From Rhodosorus marinus CCMP1338 (lineage: Eukaryota > Plantae > Rhodophyta): a stretch of DNA of 64,000 nt. Shown piece after piece: positions 1 through 14,251 of the stretch (its first letter is position 1; each line of letters begins with the position of its first letter). The notes beneath the pieces are model-generated. The model was given only the letters and a program-made list of their open reading frames with translations, was not told the origin of the DNA and did not search any database. The position numbers and the translations under genes are program-made. Where the stretch lies: NCBI GenBank assembly GCA_029953675.1, contig JAMWBK010000004.1, forward strand, positions 3,127,942 to 3,191,941. Direction: 5' to 3'.

Positions 1-494
1 ATTCAACCCCACACGCTAAAAAAGTTGCAGCAAAGCAGGATGCTAGTGTAGTTCGATAAATAAACACTCTACAAGATAGACGACTGTGGTCGTTGCCGGA
101 CAATCGCCAAAAAAAAGTTTCATACGTGCCAAAGCGTTTTCACCCTTTGAACCAAAGTTCTGTTGGAGAGTATTGGAATTGTTTGTTCAAGAGGGTATTG
201 ATTTGGTTTGCAACGGATTTCGAGTCGTAGCCGCGCCCAAATGGAATTCTTTTTGGGCGCGGCTCCGGAGATTGATTTGGGATAACAGATAATAGAATTA
301 CTACTAAAAATCATATGGATACTAAGACCATTGGTGACACTATCACTGATAGTCCAACAATGCTTATTAGTGTAAACGATGTGAGGCTTCATTACAGGTG
401 AACCTCCCTATGTTCTTGCGTGAATTTGGGGGGTGGGGGAAGGGGGGGGAGAGGGCTGTTTTCAGCGGAGCTGGACTATCGTTGGAGAATTGGG

Positions 495-3400
495 ATGGCG
501 TTCATTGGACAGGTTTCATTAGGAGGTAGGCAGAGAAAGGAGTTGTGTTCTTCCAGTAGACAATGGAGAGAATGGAAGTCACGAGTTCGGATGGCTGGTG
601 AAGGAGCTACTGCTGGTTCGCAACTGATCTGGTGTGAGGTGGGCTTTGAAGATCACTTTTCGTTTTCTCTCTGCGTTTCATACCCCTGCGTTTATCGGTG
701 TATCTCCCTGACATGCCGACTCCGTTCAACTCCCGTGATCAATGGTGTAGGGTATTTCAAAATCGTACGATGGCGTTCGGGTACAAGTTGAGGACGCCGA
801 TATTGTTCTTAAGAGAGGGTCAAAGCTGGGCGTTATTGGGGTCAATGGAGCAGGGAAGAGCACGCTCCTCAACTTATTGGCAAGTACGTTAGACTTCGTT
901 GACGTCGATCTCACACGTGCTCGAACTCTTACACGCTCTGGGGGAATATTCTCGTTGTCAGGGAAGGAGATACCGGACAGCGGGGCGGTTAGCTACCGGA
1001 AAGGCCTTAGGGTGGTCATCGTGGACCAAGATCCACAGATGGATGATGACTTGACACCTCTGGTAGGCTTATACGCCATCGCGTGTTGCCTGTTTTCAAT
1101 CATTTGGCGGAAAAATCGGGACAGATTATTCCCTTGCTCCTCGGACGGCTGGCACTTTAGAGTTGATCCACTGATGCCGTATTGTTTTTGCTCTTCACTC
1201 TTTGGCTAACGCTGTTCATGATCGTTATCGATTTGCCCATCCACAACTCGGTTCTCGTGTTGTTCTGAACCAATCAGGAATGTGTATTCGCCGCGGACAA
1301 TCCTACGAACAGAGCAATACGGGACTATGAAGATGCTCTAGCAAGGCTGGATAAAAAGCAATGTGGAGAAGAGGAACTTCAAAGAGTGATGAATAACATG
1401 GATTCACTTCAAGCTTGGGACGCCGAAGCGAATGCTAGACAGGTAGCACTGGTGCAATTGCTTTTCGTCTGTCATCCTAGCTCAAGGTGTATTTCGCTAA
1501 CTTGAGCCCCGTACGCCCCCCGTGTCCTTCGTCTTTTCTTGGCATCGTATCGATTTGGACCCCAGATTTTGTCTAGACTCGGCTTGGATTTTAGGTCGCT
1601 GCGAAATCGAAAGTTTCGCTTGCTCAGTGGTGGGCAGCAGAAGAGGGTTGCGTTGGCAGCTGCCTTGGTACAGAATCCAGATGTTTTGATACTTGATGAG
1701 CCAACAAATCACTTGGACATAGATGCTATTGAGTGGCTTGAAAATGCCATAAGCGTTCCGGAGCTTACGGTTGTGTTGGTGACTCACGACAGGTCTGTTT
1801 TCCCTGCCGTTGGGACAAAAAAATTCTTCATGGATGGATTTCCACTCCATTGGCATTCCTCTGCTTGTTCTTACGTGTTCCTTGCTCAAGAGCGACTGTG
1901 TTTTCTCAAACTCTTTTATGCCGCAGATACTTCCTGGACCGTTCATGCACGGATATCATGGAGCTCTACCAAGGAAGCGTTTATAATCATAGCGGAGGGT
2001 ATGACAAATTTCTTCTGGTAAGCCGTAGTTGACTTTCCGCGAATTAGAGTGCATCAAGACTCTTCCCACTGATGCAAATGTTCTCTTTCGGACATCTCGT
2101 AGAACAAAGCTCTCAGATTGAAGGAGGAGGATCACATTGCCGAGGTTGCGTTGGGACGGCTGAGAAAAGAAGCAGAGTGGATGCGCAGACAGCCGAAAGC
2201 GCGGTCCACTAAGTCGAAGTCTCGAATTGATCAGTTCTACAGTTTGCAGTCCATGGCGAAGAAACGAACACGCCCTGGTTCTGTTGAGTTCGCCTCCAAG
2301 GTTTGATGTGGACAAGGACCGATGTGGCAAGAGTGGGAGCAGCTCTTAAATAATACCACCGTTTCTCTGGCTCGTTTTCCTGCAAAGGTGTCAAGAATGG
2401 GTAACAAAACCTTGGAGTTTATAGATTCCAACCTTGCATTCGATCAAAGGATCATAATGAAGAGCTTCAGCTATGAGTTCAAGCGGAACGATCGAATAGG
2501 CATCGTCGGTGGGAACGGTGTAGGCAAGACAACGTTCCTCCGCGTTCTAATGCAGCTCCAGAACTTGGACGCGGGTGAGGTGATAATCGGCGAGACCGTT
2601 GTTTTCGGTTACTACAACCAGGCCGGAGTTGATTTTCCTTCCAAAGTCAGGGTTTTTGACTATGTCAAGGACGTAAGTGGGGATCAAAACGGGGGACATG
2701 CGCATCGGTTTACCTCGAAGCTGAACACTTCCAGCTCATTCTTCATTCGACTTCGCGCTGAAAATCAACTCAGATTTTGTACGCCAACGACGTCCCAGAC
2801 CCGAAGCCCATAAAAGTACTCGAACAGTACGGATTCGAGACCGAGCAAATGTACACTGAAATAGATCGTTTAAGCGGTGGAGAGAAGCGGCGTCTTCAGC
2901 TCCTTGAGGTGCGTATTCCCATCGCGAGCAGTACCAGGTGCATAAAAAGTCTGCCCGCCGACACAGAACGTAGGCGTTCAGGGTTATCGGAAAAGCAAGT
3001 TATCACGGGAGCTGATTGGTTCTTTCTGTTTCGGTACTCTGTCCTCTGCTTCTAGGTGATGGCAAAGGATCCGAACTTTCTGGTTCTTGACGAAGTCACA
3101 AACGACCTCGATCTGCAAACGTTAACCTTGCTGGAGAACTTTCTCCTAGACTATAGTGGAGTGCTGGTGGTCGTGTCGCATGATCGCTTCTTTATGGACA
3201 GACTTGCGAGCCACCTGTTCATTTTTGAGGGTGATGTAAGTGTAGAGCTCAGCCTGTAGCCGAATGCAATCTGCTGCGTCACTGACAGGACAGGGAAGCT
3301 TAAGGAAGAATCGCGGTTTTGCTTGACATCTCACCAGGGAAAGATACTTGACTTCAACGGTAATTTCAGTGACTACCTAGATGTTCGTCGGGAGAAGACG

Positions 3401-3929
3401 GCAGAGTCGGGCAGCGCCTCGTTGAATGACGGATCAGAGTCGAATGGCAGCTCACAAGGACAGCAGATGAGGAATTCCAAGACAGCTCCGAAAAAGGTAC
3501 TACGGGCTTCCTGAAGCCATGCTGAAAATTTCCCTCGAGCATCCTCCATATGATTTCTGACTTGAAACCGGGAACTTAGAAAATGTCCAACAAGGAACGG
3601 AAAGAGTATGAATCCATTCTGGGGGAAATTGACAAACTAGCAGCGCGTCAAGCAGATCTCGAGTCCACTTTAGTCTCAGGAAACCTGGACTACGATCAGC
3701 TTTCAAGCAGAACAGAGGAGCTTGTGAGTTTGCAAGAATCTTCTTTCCACATTTGCGTTCGGATACAACGCATGCGTTCCGTCATCAAGTTGATGGAGCG
3801 GAGAAATTTGTTCTGAATCTCTTAACATTCGTTTTGGAAAATCCACTGCGCCTTCAGGCTTCCGTAAGCACTTCCATTGACGAAAAAACCAATAGGTGGA
3901 TGGAGCTCGAAGAAATGTATGGGTCGTAA
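495..3929 (+). CDS. ABC-F family ATPase (Uup/ABCF-like), plastid-targeted, multi-exon
   Basis: ATG 495 begins MAFIGQVSLGG (transit-peptide-like). Two ABC cassettes: GVNGAGKSTLL, LSGGQQKRVALA, LILDEPTNHLD, then GGNGVGKTTFL, LSGGEKRRLQL, LVLDEVTNDLD. Last exon RWMELEEMYGS* ends at TAA 3927-3929. Exon limits by eye. Confidence 0.9.
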
Positions 3930-4153
3930 CTCGACTCCGACTCTCAGAAGTTGGGGAGACTTCGGTTTTCCAACGTGCAAGAGAGCAAATTGAATTTGTG
4001 TAAGCATCCCTAATCGTGATCACAGTATTCTATATACTACGTAGCTACTACATCTAACTGGGGTTCCATTCTGGTCAACTGGCGGGCTTCAACAGCGGAG
4101 GTAAAGGGTTCAGATGCAATGCAATTATTTGAGTGATCCCCTCAAATAATCGA

Positions 4154-5874
4154 CTACAAAATGATTAAGCACCTTCGTAACTGGCTTCCCGTTCCGTGTT
4201 GGCACTCCAAAGAAGAGGAAGTAGCAGCAACGGAATGGAATATATCTATTCTCCAAGAGCGCAGTACCTGTGCCTGACACGGTACTTCGCCGATCACTGT
4301 AGTTTGCCCCCATTGACAAGGCGAGATAAGCATGGCTAGGGCGTTTGCCTCTTCCTTCCTCTCCCTCGACTGGATAATAAATACGTGGATGCCCCGGCAA
4401 CAGCCATTGCCGCAATACATGCAAGCCCGCTTCGGCGTACAAACATAGTGTCCAGGAGTTGGCCTCGTATTGAGTATAGCAGAATCATCCTTGCGTGAAA
4501 CAAAAAAGGTGCAAAAACGGAAGCGTTGGTTGTCAGATACCGCATGTGCCACTAAGCAAAAGAGCATCTGAGCGCTGAACTGGAGCCAAGATGACGCCGA
4601 GCGCTAACATTGGCGGACGCTTGTGAACAAGGCAGCCAGCACGTTGCCCTCACCTGTGATAAAATACGGTCATAAGCAGAATGACAATATACTGAACAAC
4701 CAAAACAACTTTCTCCCGCCTATCTCTTGAGCTAATCATCAAGATGGGAGAAGATACTATGGCAAACCACGCGCAGCACAGCATCAGCAGTTGTACAGTT
4801 AACAACGCCACGCTGGCTTGTTGGCTGGCTATTGATAGGTCTCTCAGAGCAACGAACATATGTATACAAGCTGCTATCATCAGGATCCAAGAATTTATCA
4901 GCGCTGCTTTCGGTGTAACAATGCCACCGACTAATCGCATCATAGCGACGGTGATGATCCCCACGATGAGCAAGATCAAGGGTACCTTCACTATCATCTG
5001 TTTCAAGCCGGAAAACGAAGTTTTCAGAAAACCGCAATTTCGGCAACCGATGCTCTGACCCGCTTTAGTCGCGGAATGGGTAACAAGGTCGAGTCTTGGA
5101 TCCGTCGACTTCACACTATGTCCAGCCTTCGGACCCATCTCACCGACACTCAGTCGAGAACGGGACTATCCACTTTTCTTGTGTGCGTATCCTTACCGGG
5201 ACACGTCTTGACTCGATTGGAATCATTTCAGCAGTAGTGTTGTACGTACTGGATGCGATATCAACGGATGCAAGCAATAGGTCTGTGGTTAATGGGCTCT
5301 GAAGATAATCCCCGATTTCAACCGCCTGGTTGACGAAAATAGACTCAAGCGCTGGATTCTTTAACTGCCTGATCGCATGCATGTCGTCCTCAAGCGCATG
5401 AACGAGGGTTTGAAGCGATTTCAGGTGCTCATCGTTGCTCGCCTTCGCCGAATCCAGTTTATTCGTTTCTGCCTCCATCCGAGCCTTCAGGCTCTTCGCA
5501 TTTTCCTCAATCAGGTTTCTTTCAGTTTGCAGCTTTTCGACATGATCCTTGACCATCATTTTGTTGTTCATATTCTCCTGCACCATCCCTTGGCTCTGTA
5601 CAATCTTTTGCGCGTTCACCGCTTGCTGCTTCCTAATTTCAACAAGCTTCCCTTCCAGATCCACTACTTGCTTTTCGAGGTCAAGCAACCGGTAGTTGCT
5701 TGTCTGAAACACGGCGTCAACGGCCTGTTTCACTTTCTCGTCCTCAGTCTGAACCACTTTCATTAGCTCTTTCAAGTTCTGTTTCAAGCCTGGCAAGACA
5801 TCATCCGCATTCACACGCGCGAGTGCCAATCCGAACACAACGCCTACCACGCATAACAAAAGCGGTCTATTCAT
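4154..5874 (-). CDS. Uncharacterised membrane protein with signal peptide, long coiled coil, TM helices and Cys-rich tail; multi-exon
   Basis: ATG 5874 begins MNRPLLLCVVGVVFGLALARVNA (signal-like). Heptad-rich segment, hydrophobic stretches in ORFs 4650-5138, CMYCGNGCC near the end. 3' end uncertain. Confidence 0.6.
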
Positions 5875-7066
5875 TCTTCCTCCGAAGATGGGAGGGACAA
5901 CTGACCAAGGCAACATGCACATACACACCTCTACCACCCCGGTAAGATTCGCATAGCACACTTTTATCCGACAGAGCAATGAAGCTTTAGAATTCTCCCC
6001 GCTGAAAGCACGTCAGCATTCGACTGGTCGTATTTCTTGCTCCCTCTGGCTTCCCAACCACCCTTACAGAGTGGAGAACGTGCTTCGCACGCTCTTCTGC
6101 GGTATTCGTTCTGGAATCGTCGCACGACTCGCGGGCTTAGAAATATAGTGCTCACTTTGCTAGCCCTTTGAAAATCTCCAGAATCTGAAACCCGTCTTTG
6201 TGAGCAGTGGTATACAAGCATGGCATTTTACGTTTACATGGATACTGCCATTTTAGTGCAAAGCAAGGTCCCGCTAGATGTCCGCATTCCCAATGCGCGA
6301 TTTTCGGGCAGGGATCAACTGTCAATATTTCTTGGGTGGAGACTTGTTCTTCAACGAACGTTTTTAGTCTAGTTCTTGCAGGCCCACGTCACTAGGGGTT
6401 GTGCTGAATAACCTGAGGCATGCTCTTTCCTAGGTCACTGTAAAGCCACATACTTTGAACCTTATTCGGTTGCCCATAATGTGCTATTCACAATATGGGA
6501 CAGGTGTTGCGCGGAACTTAAGTCACCCCGTACCCCCCTTTGCTAACATGACTGAAATGCCGTCCATAGGCGATGCGACTCTTCGAAGAGTGCCCTTGCT
6601 AGAAAGCCCTATTCTCGTTTCAACGCAGTCTAACCTGATATGGGAGTGTAGCAGTTGTGGAGCAAATAGTTCTCCGTCCACGTCTGCAACGCTGGACCTA
6701 AGCGCGCACATTAAAATCGCTCCTCCGCAACCGTTTGATATCATTACAATCCCAGCTTGTAGCGCTCGCGTTCATATTTTAACCCTGAAGCATATGTTGC
6801 AAAGAGCTCCAAAAACTGAGGTAACCCCGGACTCCAAGAACGACAGCTGGCCAACCATGCGAGAAGCCTTGGAACCGGCCCAGCCCACTCACGCGTGTCG
6901 ATGGTTCTACGGCTTGTGCAGGACGGGAACCCAGTCGTTTATTTTGGAAGAACGAGCTCCAGCACCGGAGCAAGCAGGATACTAAGCGCGAGGATTCTTT
7001 CATTGTTTGTTGAGGGTCCAGTAAGGAAAACCTTGTCTGGTGAGGAATTTCCTTCTAGCCAGAACG

Positions 7067-7716
7067 ATGGGTGCGATGCTCAATTTTCCGGAGACCATGT
7101 TCGCCTATGGCATGCTTTGTGCGATAGTCGGCGGCATGGAAGTCGGTGGTAACGAAGCTGGACCATTGTACCCATTGTTTGGGCGCTTGGTGGTGGCGGC
7201 GCTATGCGTCGGTGTTTCTGCGGTAACCAGGAATACCTCACTGAAGAAAGGAGAAGAGGGCTACAAGGGGATGATGGCGGGAATTCACATCGGAATTCTC
7301 ATTCCAGTTTTGTATGCCGTGGTGAGTGCTATTAGGGCATCTACGACCGATGCCAGAAAGTAGTTCTCAGTTTACCGATACGTTAATGTCGGGTCTCTAT
7401 CAGAAGCTAAGTGGGTAGCAACTCGATTCTCTTGATTACTACTCAGGTTGCCGCGCTCAGACTCGTCTATGAATACGATCCACTGGAAAAGAGTAATCTT
7501 CTTCCTTTCCTTATTTGGGATATCGGTGTGTCAGTGCTGGCTTTTGCTTCAGCATTGTCCCAGAAGCCGAAGAAAACGAAGAGTCCACAAGCGGAGAAGC
7601 CTGCACTCGGAGCGATGACCACCAGGTCATTCTTTGGGAAGAGGACGCCAGCTGCAAGCCCAGCGCATTCAAACACGTCAGAATTTAAACCCTCGCAGGA
7701 TAAGAAGAAGGACTGA
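7067..7716 (+). CDS. Small multi-pass membrane protein, two exons
   Basis: Hydrophobic ORFs 7040-7363 and 7411-7716 join in frame through a GT...CTAA...AG intron; basic C-terminal tail. Confidence 0.55.
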
Positions 7717-9229
7717 AATGGCAAGCCGCACTATTAAACTGATTTCGTTTATGTGAAGTACCCACTTGTCTTTCACAACACTGAACGAAAAGGAAGTAGA
7801 GCAGAAGTTCATAGCTTAGATCACTGCCTGGTACTGCAATCCCTCGCAAGAAGCCGCAGAGATAATCAAAATTATGAACACCTCTCGTTTCCGCAATCTT
7901 CTCTGCTGTTTCGGCAGCGCCGAACGTCGTTTCCAACCTCCCTCCCTACTTCACGTTCCGTGATTCCAAAGCTTCCAAGCTCTGACTGCTGCTTCAGCTG
8001 ATGGCATAACGAAGCGTCTACTGAACGCTGAACAGACGTGAAATCGAGGTCTCTTCACTTATTAGCCATGCTAATTATAAATTAAGAGGAAACACTCGAG
8101 TCTCTAAAATGCTGGCCGCCAAGCACGAATTCCCTGTCGTACTTATAAAGTCCACAGAGGCCGTTAGCTCAGTCCGTCCACTTGAAAATTGCCTCAAACC
8201 GGTCCAAGGCTCTGTTGACCCTTTTCAGCGTCTCCGAATCTCCGCGAACGTACCAGTTAAAGGATCCCAGCGCAATCAGACCTGCCCATATATTTCGAAC
8301 TTAGCAACCGGGCTAATGGCATCATAGTCCAGAAGCTAATAGCCATACGTACCAGATCCCAATGTTCGAACAGTCAACCTTCCTCCACGAGTCTGGCCGG
8401 CGGATCTTGCCGAGTACCAGAGGAAGGCACCGGCAGCAACACATGTTCCGGTTGATATTGCCCGGCAACTAAAGCAGTCGAGGCCGTGCTCATTGTTATT
8501 GTTACTAGATCGAACCTAAGCAAGGCAAATCATGTGTATTGCGGTTTGTACCTATGTCAGGCCTGGCGAATAAGCAAGTAGTTCCGGCAACTACTTTTCG
8601 TAACTTTCCTGCCCGATGTCTATACAAGATTAGAAATGCTCAAAAGCGCTCACGCTCACTTACCTTGTCACTTTCCATTCATGCGGTCCCACCCACTTCT
8701 CTGAGAACTCTCGTGGGCATATACAACTTCTCTTCGTTTTACTGTGCTCCCGACCTCCGGTCTCTACAAAGATGTCGGCTAGCGCTCGACAGAAATGCTG
8801 GTGCGCTCGTCTCTGAACTCGCATTCACCTCTAGGTCGGGCAGTCGAAGGGACAGCCGCTCAGCAGGTTCTTGATACATCTGGGCTTCGTTCTTGAGGCT
8901 AGACAAGACTTTTTCTGACTTGGATGCTATGGAGACCGCCCGTAAAAGCAGGACGTCGCGACGCATACTACGAAGCGGTCCCGTGCGAAATATCAGGTTC
9001 TTCCAATTGCCATGAATGAATAGGATTATCCACCTCATCACGAAAGATGTGGCTTGCCAATCACACGGCTTGCGTTTCTGTTTCAGGCACGACAGCAATT
9101 TCACTCCAATGCGTGGCTGCTCAGATTGGCCACAAGCCAATTGAAGGAACTAGTACTGCGGAGCTCGAGGAGGGCAGCGCGCCCCACCCTTCTTTTTTTT
9201 GTTGGTTTTAACGGCGTAATTTCATTGGT

Positions 9230-9879
9230 TCAGTTCAAAAAGAGTCCGGCCAAGAAAGCATAGGAAATGCTCGTATTTCTGTTTTGCCGGCAAAGTCGAA
9301 ATCCGATAATCCGATAATCCGGCCATTCGTGAGTTCCAATAGTGTACCAATTCGAAGCCCATGTTGGAAACCACGGTTTTATATAGTTTGAGACGCTTTC
9401 AAGGTTATTTCTACCAAAAAGTGAACTCGCCATGGCGGGATATCGCAAAGTACGAACTTCGTAGGGGGTAATCCTTTTCGCACGTATATTTTGAAATTAC
9501 CGCCCGAAAATTAAGCCTATTCATATATAAACACAAGTCTGCTGATGAGTAACCCCCGATTCGCTTCGTGCTCTTGATGAAGAGTCGAAATTTGGACCGA
9601 TTCGGAGTCTTCGTCAAAAGCTCAATCAGTGGTAATTTCTTTTTTTGTATGAAAATTCGAAGGGATGGAACGAGTCATTGACCGGGTAGCTGGTTGAATA
9701 GCTGCTGGCTTGGTTTGGTGCAGCTTCGGTTCTGATGTGAAGATTTGCAAAGGTGAGGCCGGCTGCAGAGAGCTGGGGTCCTGGGGCGGCAAGATATGCT
9801 CGTAGTCGTGGACAAGCGGTGTTGTTTTGTATCTGTGCGGGATGGAGCAAATGTGAGAGCAGTTATTGTTTGAGGACAC
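9230..9879 (-). CDS. Probable uncharacterised multi-exon gene
   Basis: Protein-like segments (KSTKRIGG / DYPYEVRTLRYP...PWFPTWASNW) can be joined by a GT-AG intron; no family recognised. Confidence 0.3.
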
Positions 9880-10068
9880 ATTGAGGTTTGTGTTGCATGG
9901 TTAGCGAGTGCATATGGAATTCGAACTTTGTCTCTGAGAGTACTCTTTGAAGCGGCCTACAATTCCTTGACTATAAGGCAGATTGTTTGGGGCATTCAGA
10001 GCGCAGTTCCCTGATTTTTTTTGCGCCGTGGTCGAAGAGTTTTCAGTCTTGCGCTTCGGCAAGGAAAC

Positions 10069-10746
10069 ATGGTCAAGAACTTACACAGCGTGGAATTTTT
10101 CCATAGCACGTCCTTTGCTACCCAGTCAATCTTTGTCTACGGATCCTGGGATAATTTTGCCAATGGAACGTCGATGAAAGAGGAAGGCCGCACCTTGTAC
10201 AGATGCGACGTGAAAATTCCTGAGGGGGTGCATCTCTATCGATATCTGGTAGACGGGAAATGGGAGGGACCCACGTTCGGGCAGGTAAGTTTCGCATGTC
10301 GATTGCTACGAAACATTTCTCGTACTGACAGGTCCTCTCACTCTGCTTAGAGAGTTGAAAGAGGGGAGGAAATATACGGCGTGAAATTCGTTGACGGGCA
10401 GGTTCGAACCCTTAGCTATGTGAAGGAGGCTACAATACCGAACGCACGCGTTCCCTCAATGAAGCCTGCCACCCCAAAGACCACGTCCGCGCAAAGATCC
10501 CAGTCAAGCATCGCGGAAAATACCAGGTTCGAATCCCGCGTTGAGTCGTTGGCAGACATGTTCAACGCGAAAGGGGTCGAGATTGGGGAGTACTATGACG
10601 TGAAAGTAGACCGCAGACAGGCGAGGAAGAAGAACGGCGCACCGTCAAAGGTGAAGAGCGTTATGGATAAGTTCGCTTCCATATTCTCGAAGAAGAAGCA
10701 GCCCAGCTCGTTACGACCGAGCATGTACAACTATGACAATAACTGA
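10069..10746 (+). CDS. CBM48 / AMPK-beta-type glycogen-binding domain protein, two exons
   Basis: VYGSWDNF...IPEGVHLYRYLVDGKW matches the AMPK-beta CBM pattern; GTAAGT...AG intron at about 10285-10350. Confidence 0.75.
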
Positions 10747-11363
10747 ATACGCAACCAGCGTCGAAAAGTCACTTGTGCTTCGAAGCACGACCGAGCTAGC
10801 TGCTGCCCCAGAGGATATTTCTTCTTCCTTAGGGTGAGTGGTAGAGTGCGTTGGAGATCGACTTCAAATTTGAGGATCACCTGAGAGACACGGAAGGGGC
10901 TTATCAAGCAGACTTGAAGCTTCCAGGCCTGTACAACTCTCTGTATATAGTCTCACGACTTTGCACTGCCCGCATAGAGTCGAATAAAACTGATAATCGC
11001 CGAAATGATGCACATACCTAACACACTAATATCTGAAGCATTGCTGGAGCAAGCACTCCAGCAGCATGATTGATAATATTCAACTCCGAAATAGCCGCTC
11101 AGCAGTAAACCTTTGCCTTCCCCTCGACCCGCGAGAGTAATCCGTACGCTAAACGAAAACCACCCTCGACGCCGTCGATTCGTCGCCACGCGTACAGGGG
11201 AACCACCCAAAACAAGGCGATGTATGTGTGATTGCGCAACAGAGACTGGTCACGCTTCGGAATTCAAGGTAGAGCGCGTTTGCGCTTATCTGTTCGCAGA
11301 CCCTGCATGAATGGGCTCAGTGCTCTCCGACGTCTGTACCAGGTAAGTTCGGAATAAGGGCTC

Positions 11364-12455
11364 ATGAAAAAGAAGGGGAAGGTTCGGACAGCACGAAGGT
11401 CTAGTACGACCCGACCGTCCAAGGGGCGGGAGAAGAAGCCTCGAAAGTCGAACAGGTACGAGAGAAGGATTCGTGAACCAGATGCTCCACCGTCAAAGTC
11501 TGAGATTGATGATGACGGAGTCCCACGGAAGGTAGCGCAGTACCCCTACTCTAGTCCAAAGCAGCCATATACTAAGTTAAGTACTGGCTGGCATATTAGG
11601 CACGAGGAATGTTCGCAACAGCGGTTGTTGCACGGAAGAGACACGTTCTTGACAACGGAATGGACGGTGATAGCCCAAGAAAAAGGGGCAACCATAGTGT
11701 TAAGCCTGCTGTCGCCAAGCGTGGCTCGGAGACTCCAACCGTCCCTGATGCGGCTACGAAGCGGAAATATGTTGCCGAAGTGCTTGACAAGCAGTTGCCA
11801 GGTGAAACCTTAAACGATTTTGAGCGGCGTCTCAAACGGGGCACAGAGAGGATCTTAATGGGTGCCGAGACCATCACCCGTGAGAGAAGCGAGAGCAGAA
11901 AGCTCAAGAATCAAAGACGAAAGGAAAAGTCAAAAGCTCGATTTCAAGCTCGAAGCAGACGGAACACGGAGGAGGACGATTGGAGCGGAAAGCAACCAGT
12001 GGTTGGGTTGAGCACTAGTGCTTCTGAACCGCCCCGGATTACTATTCTTCCAAGGCAGAGGTGACATGGTCCTCAGAAGCCTCGAGTGGTCGCTAGAGGA
12101 ACGCACAACATGCGATTTCTGTGAGGTGAGGTTCAGTGCGACGACCCAAGCAACCTTTTTTACTTGATGATGAGTTTTCGAGATTTCTGTCTGAACCAAG
12201 AGATTGGTCATGATTAGAAACTTTGTTACATACCCTTTACCTACACTGAGAGCTTTTTCGTGGAGATTTTCGAGTTCAGGCAACACCCAAAGAGCATTCC
12301 TCTTACTCGTGATGTTTTATTGTCTTTCTGTGTTCAGGCGAATCGAAGTCAAAGAGCGACCTGCTCCTCTAAATGATCCGATCCGAAGATCAGGCATTGG
12401 AGCCATCCGCTCCATAAAAGTTCAAGATGATAGCTTTTGTGGCGGGTTGGGATGA
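11364..12455 (+). CDS. CCDC137-like basic coiled-coil nucleolar protein, multi-exon
   Basis: K/R-rich N-terminus, PGETLNDFERRL and EPPRITILPRQR resemble CCDC137 motifs (recognised from memory). Confidence 0.5.
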
Positions 12456-12656
12456 TTGTCACAGCCTGAATGAGTGCTGCGTGATTTCAATCCAGCTTTG
12501 CTTTATTATTGGTTTTATAGTTCGGAGTTTCAACATTATGGCAATACATAACAATTAGTGGGATGTAATCCATTAATCTATTGCATTGTTCCAAGCAGTT
12601 GTCTCCTCCCGCGATTAAAGGGCCCGACTACCAAGTCTGGAACATGCCGACAAGAG

Positions 12657-13350
12657 CTACTGAACAACCTCTGGTATACGGGGATCTCCCTGTGTAACAT
12701 ACTTGGTCGAGAGTTCGGCATTCACAACCGCTGCTTGCTCAGCCAAATCCTTGACAATATTTAGGATACCTGCACACGCGTGACAATTGGACCTCAGTCT
12801 CTCTCCTGTGGCAATGAAAGTCAGGATTGAACTGACTAGATCGGCGAGCTCTTTGCGTACCCTCTGCAGACTTTCCGTTAACATCTTGCGCCTCATAGAC
12901 TCCCCTCTCTGATTGAGGTACCAAGGTGGTTGCCCGATGAGAGAATTCAAAACCACAGGTTAGGGATCATAAGCTCCGAAAGTAACCCCTGTGGGAATGC
13001 GTCTGAACTGATCGGGACGCGAGCAGCAGAAGGAAACAAAACTCTCTGTATCGGAGAACCGTACCGTATCTCGCAAGTAGCTTTGCATCAACACCGTCGC
13101 AGGGACGAACGTAAATCGGAAGACCAGGGTTAAGAGTCTTTAATTCTGAGTAGTACTTCTTCAGGAAATCTCTGCCACAAATGGAAAAGGGCCTTAAGTG
13201 CACTGCCAAGCGTACTCACACAGTGGCCCTTCGCTGGATAGCCACATATGTAGTTCGCACTCACCTTGTCCCCTCTGAGCTCCCAGACTTAGTACAATAC
13301 ACAACACGCAGCTCGTTCAGTGTCACCGATAACCGCGCTTTCCAGCTCAT
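12657..13350 (-). CDS. NDUFA2: NADH dehydrogenase 1 alpha subcomplex subunit 2 (CI-B8; L51/S25/CI-B8 family), multi-exon
   Basis: MSWKARLSVTLNELRVVYCTKSGSSEGTR|DFLKKYYSELKTLNPGLPIYVRPCDGVDAKLLARY is a typical B8 sequence. Confidence 0.85.
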
Positions 13351-14251
13351 GATTCTCGATAATACTATCAGTTCCACAAACGCAGCCCAGTCTGAAGCTG
13401 CGCACTTTTACCTTCCCCCTTCCTTCCTCGGCACACCAACTTGAGATCTAGACCTGCTCCCCCGCCCCCCCCCCCGACCGCAAAAGAAACAAACCCACCT
13501 CAGCGCTCTGACGGCACTTCGTTCCCTATATGGCAACGCACTGCGTTTTTAACCCCGGCTTGAGGAGTTCTGCTCAATCAGATCAGCGATGGTCCCACGT
13601 ACAACGAACAAGGAAAAGCAGTCCCGCTTGGTTGGATTATGGAAGGGTTTGAATAGTTCTTCAAGCTTGCTGAAGAGGCTGATTCATCACGCGTTTCTAG
13701 AAAAGCTTATCGGGCATGAGCCAGGCGCGGACACGAAGAATTGAAGAAGTACTCTGCAATGGACTGTTCAAGCTCGAGCTGATGGCATTGGATCATTCCA
13801 TACATTGCGCTCACGTGCTTCTTTTAGGATTTACTTCGCGACGTATTCGCCGTCAACAGTTTGGTTAATTCTGATTGAAGGTCCTTGACTGAGTCGAAGG
13901 AGATGCGACTTGGTTTCCAATCATTTTTCGTCACACAGGACGCACGAATTCGAGATACAGCGGTTGTTTCAGTAGAAGAACCAATTTGTTGGCGCCACGC
14001 AGCGGCTGGTTTCGATCAGTGCTGCCCGCGGGCTTCTCTATATCCGATTGAACCATCCTCGCGAAAGCCTTAGAAAGGCCATTGCAAGTCCACAGCAACT
14101 ATGCTAAAGATTGCTGATGGTTTCGTACAACCACAGCGTCGCCCATCGCATCATTGGGAATTACTGACGTTCCGTTTAAGTTACCCAGGCTTTCGCATGT
14201 GGTTGAAGCTACGTGCTCACTAGCAGCAAACTCCGTTCGGAGGCCTGCCCT

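Noticed and set aside
6455-6985. 176-aa plus-strand ORF
   Set aside because: No motif or compositional support; left unannotated.
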